Positions 1 through 8,768 of a DNA stretch of 55,861 bases are shown one piece after another (the stretch's first letter is position 1; every line of letters starts with the position of its first letter). This stretch comes from a virus (taxonomy: Duplodnaviria; Caudoviricetes). The stretch is taken from positions 1 to 55,861 of the IMG/VR virus record IMGVR_UViG_3300021082_000030, one strand, 5' to 3'. The notes below the pieces were generated by a model. The model did not search any database. It was given only the letters and a program-made list of their open reading frames with translations, and was not told the origin of the DNA. The position numbers and the translations under genes are program-made.

Positions 1-133
1 ACAGCGACCGCGTCAGGTTCAGCATGAAGTCGCTGATCGATTGATACTTGTTCGGCTTGCGCAACAGCCGCGACAGCGCCGACGTGGTGACGCGCTCACG
101 ACCGCCTTTGCTGTTCAGCCGCCAGTGATCGCC
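1..133. repeat. Terminal direct repeat (assembly overlap of a circular genome), copy 1
   Basis: 1-133 matches 55729-55861 with one mismatch (position 8 C vs G); lies inside the portal ORF. Confidence 0.95.
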
Positions 134-367
134 CGGCAGCATCGCAACGGTCTGGCTGTAGGCCGACAGACAGGCTTCGACGATCGCCGAGCCGGCTGCC
201 AGATTGACGGGATCATAACCAAGCTGCCACCAGTTCATGTACTGGCCGGCGTCGGCAGACAAATAGCCGCCGGTCACCGGCAAGTGATACGGGCCGGGTC
301 GATAGTCGCCCTCGCCCTTCATGACGAAGGGCGAGAGCGCTTTGCTGATGAACGAACCGATGCCCAT
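1..367 (-). CDS. HK97-family portal protein, N-terminal part (continues at 54671-55861)
   Basis: ATG at 367 reads MGIGSFISKALSPF...SALSRLLRKPNKYQSISDF, in frame with the portal ORF at the other end through the terminal overlap. Confidence 0.9.
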   Translation of the reverse strand, partial: MGIGSFISKALSPFVMKGEGDYRPGPYHLPVTGGYLSADAGQYMNWWQLGYDPVNLAAGSAIVEACLSAYSQTVAMLPGDHWRLNSKGGRERVTTSALSRLLRKPNKYQSISDFMLNLTRSL

Positions 368-376
368 GTCGGCTGA

Positions 377-718
377 TTATTCTGCCGGCTTCGGTTGCTG
401 CGCGCGGGTCTGGTATTGCCCGCCGCGTTGCCCCTCGACTTGCTTCTGCTTGCCCCGCTCGTGCGTCGCCTTGTCTTGCGGCGCAAACGGGTCTTGCACC
501 GGGCTGCCGTCGGGCTCGTGTTCTGGGATATGGACTCCCATAGCCGCCATGTCGTTCTCTTCCTGCGTCGGCGTCGGCTTGCCTTCGTCTGGCTGGTCTG
601 CCATCCGCTGCTCGCGAGCCTGCTTCTGCTCGGCGATCACTTTCTTGGCGTGTTCTTTCTGCTCTTCGGTCGCCTTGTTTCGTGCTTGTACTGCTTGTTC
701 GCTTGTCTGTTCGGCCAC
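377..718 (-). CDS. Small charged hypothetical head-module protein
   Basis: 113 aa, Q/E/K-rich, GGAGG RBS, between capsid and portal genes. Confidence 0.75.
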   Translation of the reverse strand: MAEQTSEQAVQARNKATEEQKEHAKKVIAEQKQAREQRMADQPDEGKPTPTQEENDMAAMGVHIPEHEPDGSPVQDPFAPQDKATHERGKQKQVEGQRGGQYQTRAQQPKPAE

Positions 719-776
719 GATGGACCTCCGTTGTTTACGAGATGAGCGTGCCGGGTGGCAGCGCCCTGCTTAGTGT

Positions 777-806
777 GAAAGGCCCGCCATCACTGACGGG
801 CCTTTC
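777..806 (-). terminator. Hairpin (terminator or stabiliser) after the capsid gene
   Basis: On the minus strand GAAAGGCCCGTCA-GTGA-TGGCGGGCCTTTC, GNRA loop, short U tract. Confidence 0.55.
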
Positions 807-813
807 GAGGGGC

Positions 814-3048
814 CTACCAAGTGACGCCGGCCATCCACGCGACCACGCCAGTGCGCCGCAGTGTCCAGTTGAGCGGCATGATCAACCGCAACGCCATAGA
901 GTCGGTCTGCCAGAGAGAACGCGTGGGCGCGGCGACGGTTGCCGGCGAGCCGGCGGTGCCGATCGCGAGCGGCGTCGTGTCCTCCATGTGCAGCGTCGCC
1001 TGATCGGAGATTTCGAACCGGGGAGCTTCGCCGCCCACCGAAACGAAATCAGCCGCATCGAGCGCAATGATGGTGCCGACGGGCACGGTGCCCGCCGCGA
1101 TGATCGGATAGGTCAGCAACTGATTGCGGCCCACCTCTTCCTTGAACGGGAACGCGCCGGTGCCCGGTGCGCTGACCAGCGACAGCGACAGCTTCTGCGC
1201 CGGGTTGATCAGCCACACCATCTTGCGGACGTTGCCGTTGGTGCCAGTCATCAGTGCGCCGGCGAGCTTTTGCAGATCGCCCACCACCGCAGCGAAGCCG
1301 CCGCCAGCCGTTGGCGTCAAGCCAGCGACGCCGTTGAGCAGTCCAGCCGGACGCACTGTCGTGGCCGGGTTGGCATCGAGCAGCACGGAGTCGATCGACA
1401 CCGCCGTGTCCTGCTTGATCGCATCACGCAGCAAGCCCTCGATCGCCGGCACGCTGTGTTCGTCGATCTCGCGGGTCCACGTCGTGATCACCGCCATTTT
1501 CTTCGGCGTGAGCGTCGCCGCCGTGAACGCACCCTGACGCACCGGGATCGGCGCGCCCTCACCGACGAACGATCCTGCAATCGTCGGAGTAAGCGAGCGC
1601 GTCGGCACCACGATCTTGCCGTTGCGACCGAACGACAGAGACAAGCCCTGCGCCGACAGCGACGGATAGACCACGTTCGGATAGAGCGGCTCAAGGAAGT
1701 CGGCGTTGACTTGCTGGATCAGTTCAGCGGCCCAGCCAACAACCGATGTCATTGCCGGCGCGGTGGCCGCCTTTGACGTGTAGTCGATGAACGCCTTGGT
1801 CGCTTCGTCATCACCGTAGATCGCCTTGCGCATGTCGTCGACGTTCCTGCGCTCGCGGTGTGCGAACAAACGCACCACGCCATCGCGCACGAGGTAGTCG
1901 ATCGGATCGATCTGCTTCGGCTTGAAGCCGAACGGCCGAGCCGCAGCGCGCGCGGGAGCGAGCGTGAGGACGTTGCCGTTGTCGTTGTTGTCGCCGTTCG
2001 CCGAGAGCAACAGATTCTTCTCGGAGTCCTTGAGCGACGCTAAGCCCTTTTCTTCCTGCTTGATCCTCGCGTTCAGTTCGTTGGTGACCTCAAGTTCGGC
2101 ATCGCTGACATCGCTGTCGTCGATGTTCTTGAGATGATCGGTTAGCTTGTCACGCAGAGCGACGATGCGCGCCTGCGAGTCCGTGATCCTTTGTGCAAAA
2201 GCAGACATGGATTTTCCCATTATGGGAGACGTTTCGGCGGGCTTGCCGGTGAGGCTCCGACGAAGATCGACCACGCCCCGGCTGCCGGGCTTGGCAAAGA
2301 CGAGATCGACTGTGTCGTTGGAGATGTTGAGAGACTTGGCGACGGCGAGAGCGTTCGGATTCGCCGGCACGGTGACCAGCGAACACTCGACCAACTCCAT
2401 CCGCTTGAAACGATTGCCAGCGAACGGATCGCCCTTGACCAGCGGTTCGGCTTCGAGCGCGTGAAAGCCGACGCTGACCGCCTTGATCACGTCATGATCG
2501 ATCAGCGCGCGAATCTCATCGATGCGCTGCGACTTGCCTTCCGGCAAAAGATTGAGCTTGCCGCGAAGCTTGCCGTCCTTGATCTGGATGTCGGACCATG
2601 TGCCGATCGGCAGACCGCTGTTGTGATTGTATAACGCGATCGGATTTTTTTTGAAGTTGTCGAGTTGCCAGCCGGTCGACAGGATGATGTCGTTCATGCG
2701 ATCCGGCGTCTCATCCGACATGATGAACTCGCGGTTCACCACCGGCTCGGCGTGCGTTTTGCGCACCAGCTTGCCGGCTCCGCTCTTGGTGGTCTGCTTG
2801 GCGCTGCGGTTCTCGGCCCAGATCACGCGGCACTCTTCCGCGTCTTCGCCGTCCTCTTCGCAGCGATCCATGAAGTCGGAAAATTCTTCGTCGTCGGCGG
2901 GCGTCAGCGCCTTGTCTTTTTCGCGAAACATGGTGAGGCAGGCAGCGACCGCCTGCTCGTTGTCGCGCTTGCCGTCGCCCATCATGTCGGGCACGCAGCG
3001 CTTCATGAAATCGGCTTGGCTCTCGTCCTTGTTCGGCTTCATCGGCAT
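814..3048 (-). CDS. Fused HK97-type prohead protease and major capsid protein
   Basis: Protease motifs (DRMNDII, NPIALYNH, KAVSVGF, ELVECSLVTVPANP), a coiled-coil delta domain, then capsid motifs (FVGEGAPIP, LTPKKMA, SLWQTDSMALR). Confidence 0.93.
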   Translation of the reverse strand: MPMKPNKDESQADFMKRCVPDMMGDGKRDNEQAVAACLTMFREKDKALTPADDEEFSDFMDRCEEDGEDAEECRVIWAENRSAKQTTKSGAGKLVRKTHAEPVVNREFIMSDETPDRMNDIILSTGWQLDNFKKNPIALYNHNSGLPIGTWSDIQIKDGKLRGKLNLLPEGKSQRIDEIRALIDHDVIKAVSVGFHALEAEPLVKGDPFAGNRFKRMELVECSLVTVPANPNALAVAKSLNISNDTVDLVFAKPGSRGVVDLRRSLTGKPAETSPIMGKSMSAFAQRITDSQARIVALRDKLTDHLKNIDDSDVSDAELEVTNELNARIKQEEKGLASLKDSEKNLLLSANGDNNDNGNVLTLAPARAAARPFGFKPKQIDPIDYLVRDGVVRLFAHRERRNVDDMRKAIYGDDEATKAFIDYTSKAATAPAMTSVVGWAAELIQQVNADFLEPLYPNVVYPSLSAQGLSLSFGRNGKIVVPTRSLTPTIAGSFVGEGAPIPVRQGAFTAATLTPKKMAVITTWTREIDEHSVPAIEGLLRDAIKQDTAVSIDSVLLDANPATTVRPAGLLNGVAGLTPTAGGGFAAVVGDLQKLAGALMTGTNGNVRKMVWLINPAQKLSLSLVSAPGTGAFPFKEEVGRNQLLTYPIIAAGTVPVGTIIALDAADFVSVGGEAPRFEISDQATLHMEDTTPLAIGTAGSPATVAAPTRSLWQTDSMALRLIMPLNWTLRRTGVVAWMAGVTW

Positions 3049-3144
3049 GGTCGTGCCCTCGCGTGCGCGCGCGTGAGCGCGCGGGTGTGCGCACGCGGGA
3101 GGGCCCGCGCGCGCGTGGAAGGTTCGGTTGTCTGGTGGTGCCGG

Positions 3145-3477
3145 CTATTTCGCCGGCGGTTTTTTCTTCGCCTTGGCGCGATGCTTGTCGCGGATTTCCT
3201 GCTTGCGCTTTTCGCTGAGATTGTCCGGCGCTTTGCCCTTGCCTTTGCCTTGTTGGCTGAGCCAGTGCGGCGCGCCGGTTTCCATCTCGTGCGCGAGAAT
3301 GTCGATCTCGTGTTTCGCTGGCGGCTTGTCGTCGTCTTCCTTGTCGGGTTTCTTCGCGCGCGCAAGGCGTGCCAGTGTTTGCTCAGCTTCGGCGCGGACA
3401 ACTTCGGCGCGCTGCTTCGGAGTCAGCCGCGCCAGTGCTTCGCGGCGCGCTTTGCCGGCGAAATAGTCGCTAATCAT
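3145..3477 (-). CDS. Basic hypothetical protein, translationally coupled to the ART-domain gene
   Basis: MISDYFAGK... 110 aa; ATG overlaps the stop of the upstream gene (ATGA at 3474-3477). Confidence 0.65.
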   Translation of the reverse strand: MISDYFAGKARREALARLTPKQRAEVVRAEAEQTLARLARAKKPDKEDDDKPPAKHEIDILAHEMETGAPHWLSQQGKGKGKAPDNLSEKRKQEIRDKHRAKAKKKPPAK

Positions 3478-5285
3478 GTGTGCTTCTGCAGCGGCGTGCC
3501 GCCGAGCCCCGGTGCTTGTCCTTGCCACACATCCCAGCCCTTCCATGCGGTGCCGGCGATCACGACTTCCTGCTCGCTCTTGACGTTGATGCCATAGGCC
3601 GGGATCGACACCGCCGCCGTGCGCGGCACGACTGCGCGCAGCACGACCTTGCCGCCGCCGTGACCGCCCCAGCCGTTGGCGACGCTCAGCGCGGTCGTGG
3701 TCGACGCCGCGCCGTTGCGCTTCACGTCCATCGTCGGCAGATGCGTGAAGCTGCCGACTTTGCGGCCCGTCTCGACATGCTTGCCGAAAATCTTCTCGAC
3801 CAGCGCCTTGTCGAGCGTCAGCCCGCGATAAAGCTGAAGCTCGTCTTCGCCGGCCTTGCTGAGCAGATGCTGCGTCACTTCCCACTTGGCGCGGATCAGC
3901 GCCTTGACGCCGGCATAGCCGCCGACGCTGTCGTAAATCTTGTCGGCGCGCGCGCGTTGCGCTTCGGGATCGATATCGGCGCGGGTCTTGGCATTGAGCC
4001 GCCCGCCCAGTTCTTCGGCGGTTGCAAGCTGAATCAGCTTGCCGTCGTCCGATGTCGAGCTTTCCTTCCAGCTTTTCCAGAGCGTGTTATCGATCCGGCG
4101 CAATTCCTGATCGGACGGCACGTCGAGTCCGCGCTCGCCTAGGATTTGCTCCGAGCGCTCGCGCGACAGATAGCGCGCCAGCGCCTGCGTGCGCTTGTAA
4201 TCGTCGCCGCTGGTGTTGTTGAGTGGATCATATTTATCCGGCAATTTGTCGATCTTCATTTCGCTGATGCTGCCGCCATCGCTGTCTTGCTCATATTTTT
4301 CGAGGATGTTGGTGTTGCTCTGGACCCATTCGAACTTGTCGCTGTCCGGCATCATGCTCCAGCTTTCGGCAGCGAATTCCTTGGCGCTGTCGGCCAGATA
4401 ATCCGGCGGGTCCATGTCGCCTGCGTCACTCTCAGCTTGCTTGTCGAACGCCTTCAGCAGCGCCTTCTCGATCTCTTCGCGGGATTTGTCGCTCAGCATC
4501 TCGTGCGGCTGCAGCGGCTCGACACCGGGCAACGTACCTTGTGCGGGATCGTAGCCTTGCGGGTCTTTCAGGTAGGCGTCGTCGAAAGTTATCTCGGGAT
4601 CGTTGCGACCTTCGCCGTCGCTTTCGTATGCAACATTGATCGCGCTGAAGAGTTGATTGTTGGTATACGGGATCGGCGGCTCACCAGCTTCATCGCGCGC
4701 GTCGCGCACCGCGTCGATCGCATCGACCGCCCACTCGGGAGCGCTGACAAAATTATCAGCAAGATTGGTTTTCGCAGCGTCCAACGCCCCGCCGCTGTCG
4801 GCCCAGTTCTGCACTTCGTTGTCGTGATAGTCGGAAAAACTTTTATCAACGTATTCGTCTGCGGCTTCGGTTTGATCGTCGCTCGTCAGCGAGTCCCATT
4901 CTTCCGGCATATAGACGGTGTCTTCGTCTTCGTTGTCGTCATCAGCGCTTGGATCGCTGGTGTCCTCGACGTTGCCGATCGCCCTTTGCTCAAGCGCTTC
5001 GATCTTCGGGCGCGCGGCTTGAAATTCGCGTTCGAGCTTCACCGCTGTTTTCTGATTCCATTCGTCGCCGCCGACATCGGTCAGCTTCGGATCGAGCTTG
5101 GCGCTCTCGCTCGATGCCGCCGGCTTGTCGGATGATCCACCGCCGCCACCGCCGCCACCGCCGCCGGCGTCGGTCCATTTGCCGTCTTCGTCGCGCGGGT
5201 GCTGGCTCTCGTCATACTCGCGCCGCCGCAACAGCGGACTGTCCGCGAAAAGACGTGCCAACATTTGCGCAGCTTGTGGCGTCAT
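3474..5285 (-). CDS. Large acidic protein with a C-terminal R-S-E ADP-ribosyltransferase-like domain
   Basis: N-terminal YDESQHPRDEDGKWT motif and poly-Gly; C-terminal LYRG...STTTALSVA...SEQEVV in ART catalytic order. Confidence 0.72.
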   Translation of the reverse strand: MTPQAAQMLARLFADSPLLRRREYDESQHPRDEDGKWTDAGGGGGGGGGGSSDKPAASSESAKLDPKLTDVGGDEWNQKTAVKLEREFQAARPKIEALEQRAIGNVEDTSDPSADDDNEDEDTVYMPEEWDSLTSDDQTEAADEYVDKSFSDYHDNEVQNWADSGGALDAAKTNLADNFVSAPEWAVDAIDAVRDARDEAGEPPIPYTNNQLFSAINVAYESDGEGRNDPEITFDDAYLKDPQGYDPAQGTLPGVEPLQPHEMLSDKSREEIEKALLKAFDKQAESDAGDMDPPDYLADSAKEFAAESWSMMPDSDKFEWVQSNTNILEKYEQDSDGGSISEMKIDKLPDKYDPLNNTSGDDYKRTQALARYLSRERSEQILGERGLDVPSDQELRRIDNTLWKSWKESSTSDDGKLIQLATAEELGGRLNAKTRADIDPEAQRARADKIYDSVGGYAGVKALIRAKWEVTQHLLSKAGEDELQLYRGLTLDKALVEKIFGKHVETGRKVGSFTHLPTMDVKRNGAASTTTALSVANGWGGHGGGKVVLRAVVPRTAAVSIPAYGINVKSEQEVVIAGTAWKGWDVWQGQAPGLGGTPLQKHT

Positions 5286-5286
5286 C

Positions 5287-5376
5287 TCATCCGATCCAGA
5301 ACACGATGCCGATGATCACCATCGCGATCAGGCAGAGCCACAGAATGCCGCGCACGTTGCTGCTCAGCGGCTTCAT
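5287..5376 (-). CDS. 29-aa single-TM membrane peptide
   Basis: MKPLSSNVRGILWLCLIAMVIIGIVFWIG, translated by hand (below the ORF track cutoff). Confidence 0.45.
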   Translation of the reverse strand: MKPLSSNVRGILWLCLIAMVIIGIVFWIG

Positions 5377-5428
5377 CGTTCGGGGACCATGATCGGCGGC
5401 GGGGCCGGCGGGTAGGGCGGCAGCGGCG

Positions 5429-5674
5429 CTATGCGAGACTCAGAGCGAAAGGGCTGCCACCTATGACGCGCAGGCTCGGCATGCCGAGCAACAGCGCAAC
5501 CAGCATGTACAGCGCAATGAGCGCCACCACGAGCAGATAGAGCCGCTGCACGTTCCAGTCGATCGGCCACTGCATCCAATTCGCAAACATGACGATGACC
5601 GCGCCGACAAGCACCAACACCACGACCACGATCGCGATGTTGATGACGCCAAGCAAAATTCCAGCGAGGCTCAT
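5429..5674 (-). CDS. Two-TM membrane protein (holin-like)
   Basis: 81 aa, two long hydrophobic helices, AGGAG RBS. Confidence 0.65.
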   Translation of the reverse strand: MSLAGILLGVINIAIVVVVLVLVGAVIVMFANWMQWPIDWNVQRLYLLVVALIALYMLVALLLGMPSLRVIGGSPFALSLA

Positions 5675-5682
5675 GGCAACTC

Positions 5683-6060
5683 CTATCTGCGCGCGGCACC
5701 TTCGGTAGCCGGCGCGGCTTCATCAACCTCGACCGCGATGGCAAACCGGCAGTCGACTGCCTGCTCGACCGGATGCTTGCCCGAGCCCGAGCGCAGCTTG
5801 ATGAAATTGATCGACTTCGTCCAAGCCTCATGCACGACGATGCCGGTGTTCGGCTTGGCCGAGATCATCACCTCTTCGCCGTCTGAGTTGTACAGATCGT
5901 TATAAAAGTTGCCGTCGGACGACACCTGAAACGTCAGGTTCGCCGCCGTGTATTCCTGCGGCACGGTGATGCGCACGATGGTGCCCGATGAGCAATCCGC
6001 GCCATCGGAAAGCGATTCGCCTGCGGCGATGGTGGGGCCGTCTACGATCTGCAAAGGCAT
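5683..6060 (-). CDS. Phage hypothetical beta-rich protein (possible virion decoration)
   Basis: MPLQIVDGPTIAAGESLS...LTFQVSSDGNFYNDL; AGGAG RBS before ATG 6060. Confidence 0.65.
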   Translation of the reverse strand: MPLQIVDGPTIAAGESLSDGADCSSGTIVRITVPQEYTAANLTFQVSSDGNFYNDLYNSDGEEVMISAKPNTGIVVHEAWTKSINFIKLRSGSGKHPVEQAVDCRFAIAVEVDEAAPATEGAARR

Positions 6061-6235
6061 GTCGTTCTCCTGTTGAAGTTCGGTTCGAGCTTTTCCCATG
6101 TGGATTGTCGGACGTACATCATCGCCAAGCCCATGAGACATTCACCTTGCGGCAGCGAGGCCAGCACGTCTTTCGGAATGCGCTGGTTCGCGTCGGCGTC
6201 GTTGTCCGGCACAATCTCAATCCGGTATCCGCCGA

Positions 6236-6490
6236 TCATGCTGCTTGCTTCTCTGACAACACCGCGAGCGATAGCCCAGCGGAGAGGATTGCGATCTTGA
6301 ATCCGGGGAATTGCTGCTCGGCGGCTTGACGCAGCGCGGCGCATTGATCGACGCTCAGCATCAGATCGGTGCGCAGCACCAGCGTGTCGCCCGGCTTGAG
6401 TTCAAGCTTGGCGATCTCGAACTTGCTGACGCCGAGCTTGTTGCGCTTCACCTTGCGCCCGAACGTCTTGGTCTTGCGGACTTTGCGCAT
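6236..6490 (-). CDS. Hypothetical protein
   Basis: 84 aa in the late operon orientation, abutting neighbouring genes. Confidence 0.55.
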   Translation of the reverse strand: MRKVRKTKTFGRKVKRNKLGVSKFEIAKLELKPGDTLVLRTDLMLSVDQCAALRQAAEQQFPGFKIAILSAGLSLAVLSEKQAA

Positions 6491-6493
6491 GCT

Positions 6494-7090
6494 TCACCCG
6501 ATCAGCAGCTTTCGCATCTCGCGCGCTCGTTGCTTCATCTTCCGCCACGCCCGCCTGTCCATCGGTATGCGATCGTGACGAAGGCGGCTGTTCTTCCTTT
6601 GCTCGTCGCGCGTAGCCCATCGGCAATTGCCGGGCTCGTAGTCGCCGTAATTCTGGATGCGATCGAGCGTGTGCCCTTCGGGTGGCTCGCCCATGTCGGC
6701 GAGAAATGCTTCGAAGCTCTCGCGCCAGCGATCGCAAACTTGAATGCCGCGCCCGCCGTAATCCTTGAACTGGTGAAACTTCGGATTCGTACAGCGCTGA
6801 ATCATCGCGTCCCAGCTATGATAGGCGTGGCTCTTTTTTCCGCGACCAGCGTGACCGTGATGCGTGTTGGCTGCTAAGCGCTTCGGCGCTAGTGCTGCCA
6901 ACCTCTCTCGCTTTGCGCAGCCGCATGAACGTGTGCTTGATCGAAGATGACCAGCCGTAACCGTGACTCGATTTCCGCAATCGCAATCACATAACCATTC
7001 ACCACTACTGCGCGCCACGATACTGCGCGCCACGAGACGGCCAAACCTTTGACCCGTCAAATCGAGCCTTGCTGGCATTTGTCGCTCCAC
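6494..7090 (-). CDS. Free-standing HNH-type homing endonuclease
   Basis: DLTGQRFGRL, WLCDCDCG, SCGC, YGGRGIQVCDRW, TLDRI..GDYEPGNCRWAT are typical phage HNH motifs. Confidence 0.8.
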   Translation of the reverse strand: MERQMPARLDLTGQRFGRLVARSIVARSSGEWLCDCDCGNRVTVTAGHLRSSTRSCGCAKRERLAALAPKRLAANTHHGHAGRGKKSHAYHSWDAMIQRCTNPKFHQFKDYGGRGIQVCDRWRESFEAFLADMGEPPEGHTLDRIQNYGDYEPGNCRWATRDEQRKNSRLRHDRIPMDRRAWRKMKQRAREMRKLLIG

Positions 7091-7114
7091 CGATCTATTA
7101 TCCGATCAGTGTTG

Positions 7115-8767
7115 CTAACCAATAAGGGCCTCGATGTCCACGGGCTTCACGTTCTTGATGATCGCCAGCGAGAACGCCATCGCCAGCGCCTGCGCGCCGT
7201 CGATGCGGCCTGACGACTTCACCTTGTCGAGCTTGCGGAAGCCGTCGGCGTTTCTGGTCGCCACCGCGTTCGCCACGTTCCACGTCAGGATCGGATGGCC
7301 GCCGTGCCTAATGCGTTGCTGGAAGATCAGCCGTTCCAGCACGTCGATCGCGCCGTTCATATCCTTGAAGCTCTGACCGTGCGGCGTCAGCAACACCCGG
7401 CAGCCGATCTCGTCGAGCGCGCGCTGTAGCTCGGTGATGCGCCACGCGTCGAAGGCGATCGAGGTGATGCGATAGCGCCCGTTTAGTTCGGCGATCTTCT
7501 TCGCCACCAACTTCGGATCGGTGCCCTCGCCGGCGGGATTGAGCAGACCCTGCCGCACCCACACGTCATAGGGGGCCATGTCCTCGTCGGTGCGTTCCAG
7601 AATGTTGCCCGGCAGCCAGAAATGCGGCTGAACATGAAACACGTCGTCGGCGTCGGCCCACACCAGCACCAGCGCCGTCATGTCCCGGGTGGCCCCGAGA
7701 TCGACCGCGCCGAACACCTTCGCACCGTCGGGAATGTGCGGCTCGCCGTCGCACGACTTCCAGCGCTCGCGCTCGAACAGCTTGGCTTCCGCCGCAACCC
7801 GCTGGTTGAGAATGAGATTGCGGAAACGGTTTTCTTGGCTCGGCATCGAGCGCGCCTGATCGGCTTGCCGCTTCAGGTCGCTGTAGCTGCGGAAATCACC
7901 GAGCGCCGGGTTCGCCAGCCGCCACGTTTCCTCGCTCCACAAGTCCGCATCGACCGGCGCTTGGTACAGCGTCAGATGAAACGCCGGATCGTCGACCTCG
8001 CCGTGCTGCACGCGCAGCCCGTAGTCGACCAAGACCGACAGCGGCGCGTGATCGTCGGCGGCTTGCGTGCTGATCACCAGCATCAACGGGTTCGCGCGCG
8101 CGCCTTGCGCGGAGTCCATCGCGTCGTAGAGCTTGCGATCGCGAGCGCTGCCTAGCTCGTCGTAGACGACGAAGCTCGGGCTCAACCCCATCTTGGTGCG
8201 GGCCTCTGCGCTCAACGCCTGAAACGTCGACCCGGTGTCGAGATCGCGCATCAGTTTCTGGTGGCTGATGATGTTGACGCGATCCTTGAGCAGCGGATGC
8301 TTCAAGATCGAGGCTTCGGCTTCAGCAAATATCTTGGTCGCCTGCGCGCGATCGTTGGCGCAGCTATACGCCTCGCCCCGGTCTTCCGCTTCCGGCCCGA
8401 ACGTGTGGCAGAGCGCGAGCAACGCCGCGAGCGCGGTCTTGCCGTTCTTCCTCCCCATCGACAGGATCGCGGTGCGCACCGGACGCCGGCCATTGTCGTC
8501 ACGGTAAACCGCCTCGACAAAGTCGCGCTGCCAGTCGCGCAGCTTGAACAGCTTGCCGTTGTCGGGGCCGCTCGTGATCTCGAACGATTCGATGAACGCG
8601 ATGACCCGCTGCGACCGCGTCATGTCCGGCGCTGTCCACGGCACAACCGGCGGCAACTTGCCGGCCTTCGCGTCTAACCGGCGCAAGACCTTCTCGGCCT
8701 TTTTGCGCTTCACATAGTCCGGCTTCAGCTTGAGAATTGGCCGGGCTCCTAGGCCACGCAACCCCAT
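7115..8767 (-). CDS. terL: Terminase large subunit (HK97/Terminase_1 type)
   Basis: Walker A GRKNGKT, Walker B VVYDE, nuclease GAVDLG and RIDGAQA. Confidence 0.95.
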   Translation of the reverse strand: MGLRGLGARPILKLKPDYVKRKKAEKVLRRLDAKAGKLPPVVPWTAPDMTRSQRVIAFIESFEITSGPDNGKLFKLRDWQRDFVEAVYRDDNGRRPVRTAILSMGRKNGKTALAALLALCHTFGPEAEDRGEAYSCANDRAQATKIFAEAEASILKHPLLKDRVNIISHQKLMRDLDTGSTFQALSAEARTKMGLSPSFVVYDELGSARDRKLYDAMDSAQGARANPLMLVISTQAADDHAPLSVLVDYGLRVQHGEVDDPAFHLTLYQAPVDADLWSEETWRLANPALGDFRSYSDLKRQADQARSMPSQENRFRNLILNQRVAAEAKLFERERWKSCDGEPHIPDGAKVFGAVDLGATRDMTALVLVWADADDVFHVQPHFWLPGNILERTDEDMAPYDVWVRQGLLNPAGEGTDPKLVAKKIAELNGRYRITSIAFDAWRITELQRALDEIGCRVLLTPHGQSFKDMNGAIDVLERLIFQQRIRHGGHPILTWNVANAVATRNADGFRKLDKVKSSGRIDGAQALAMAFSLAIIKNVKPVDIEALIG

Positions 8768-8768
8768 T

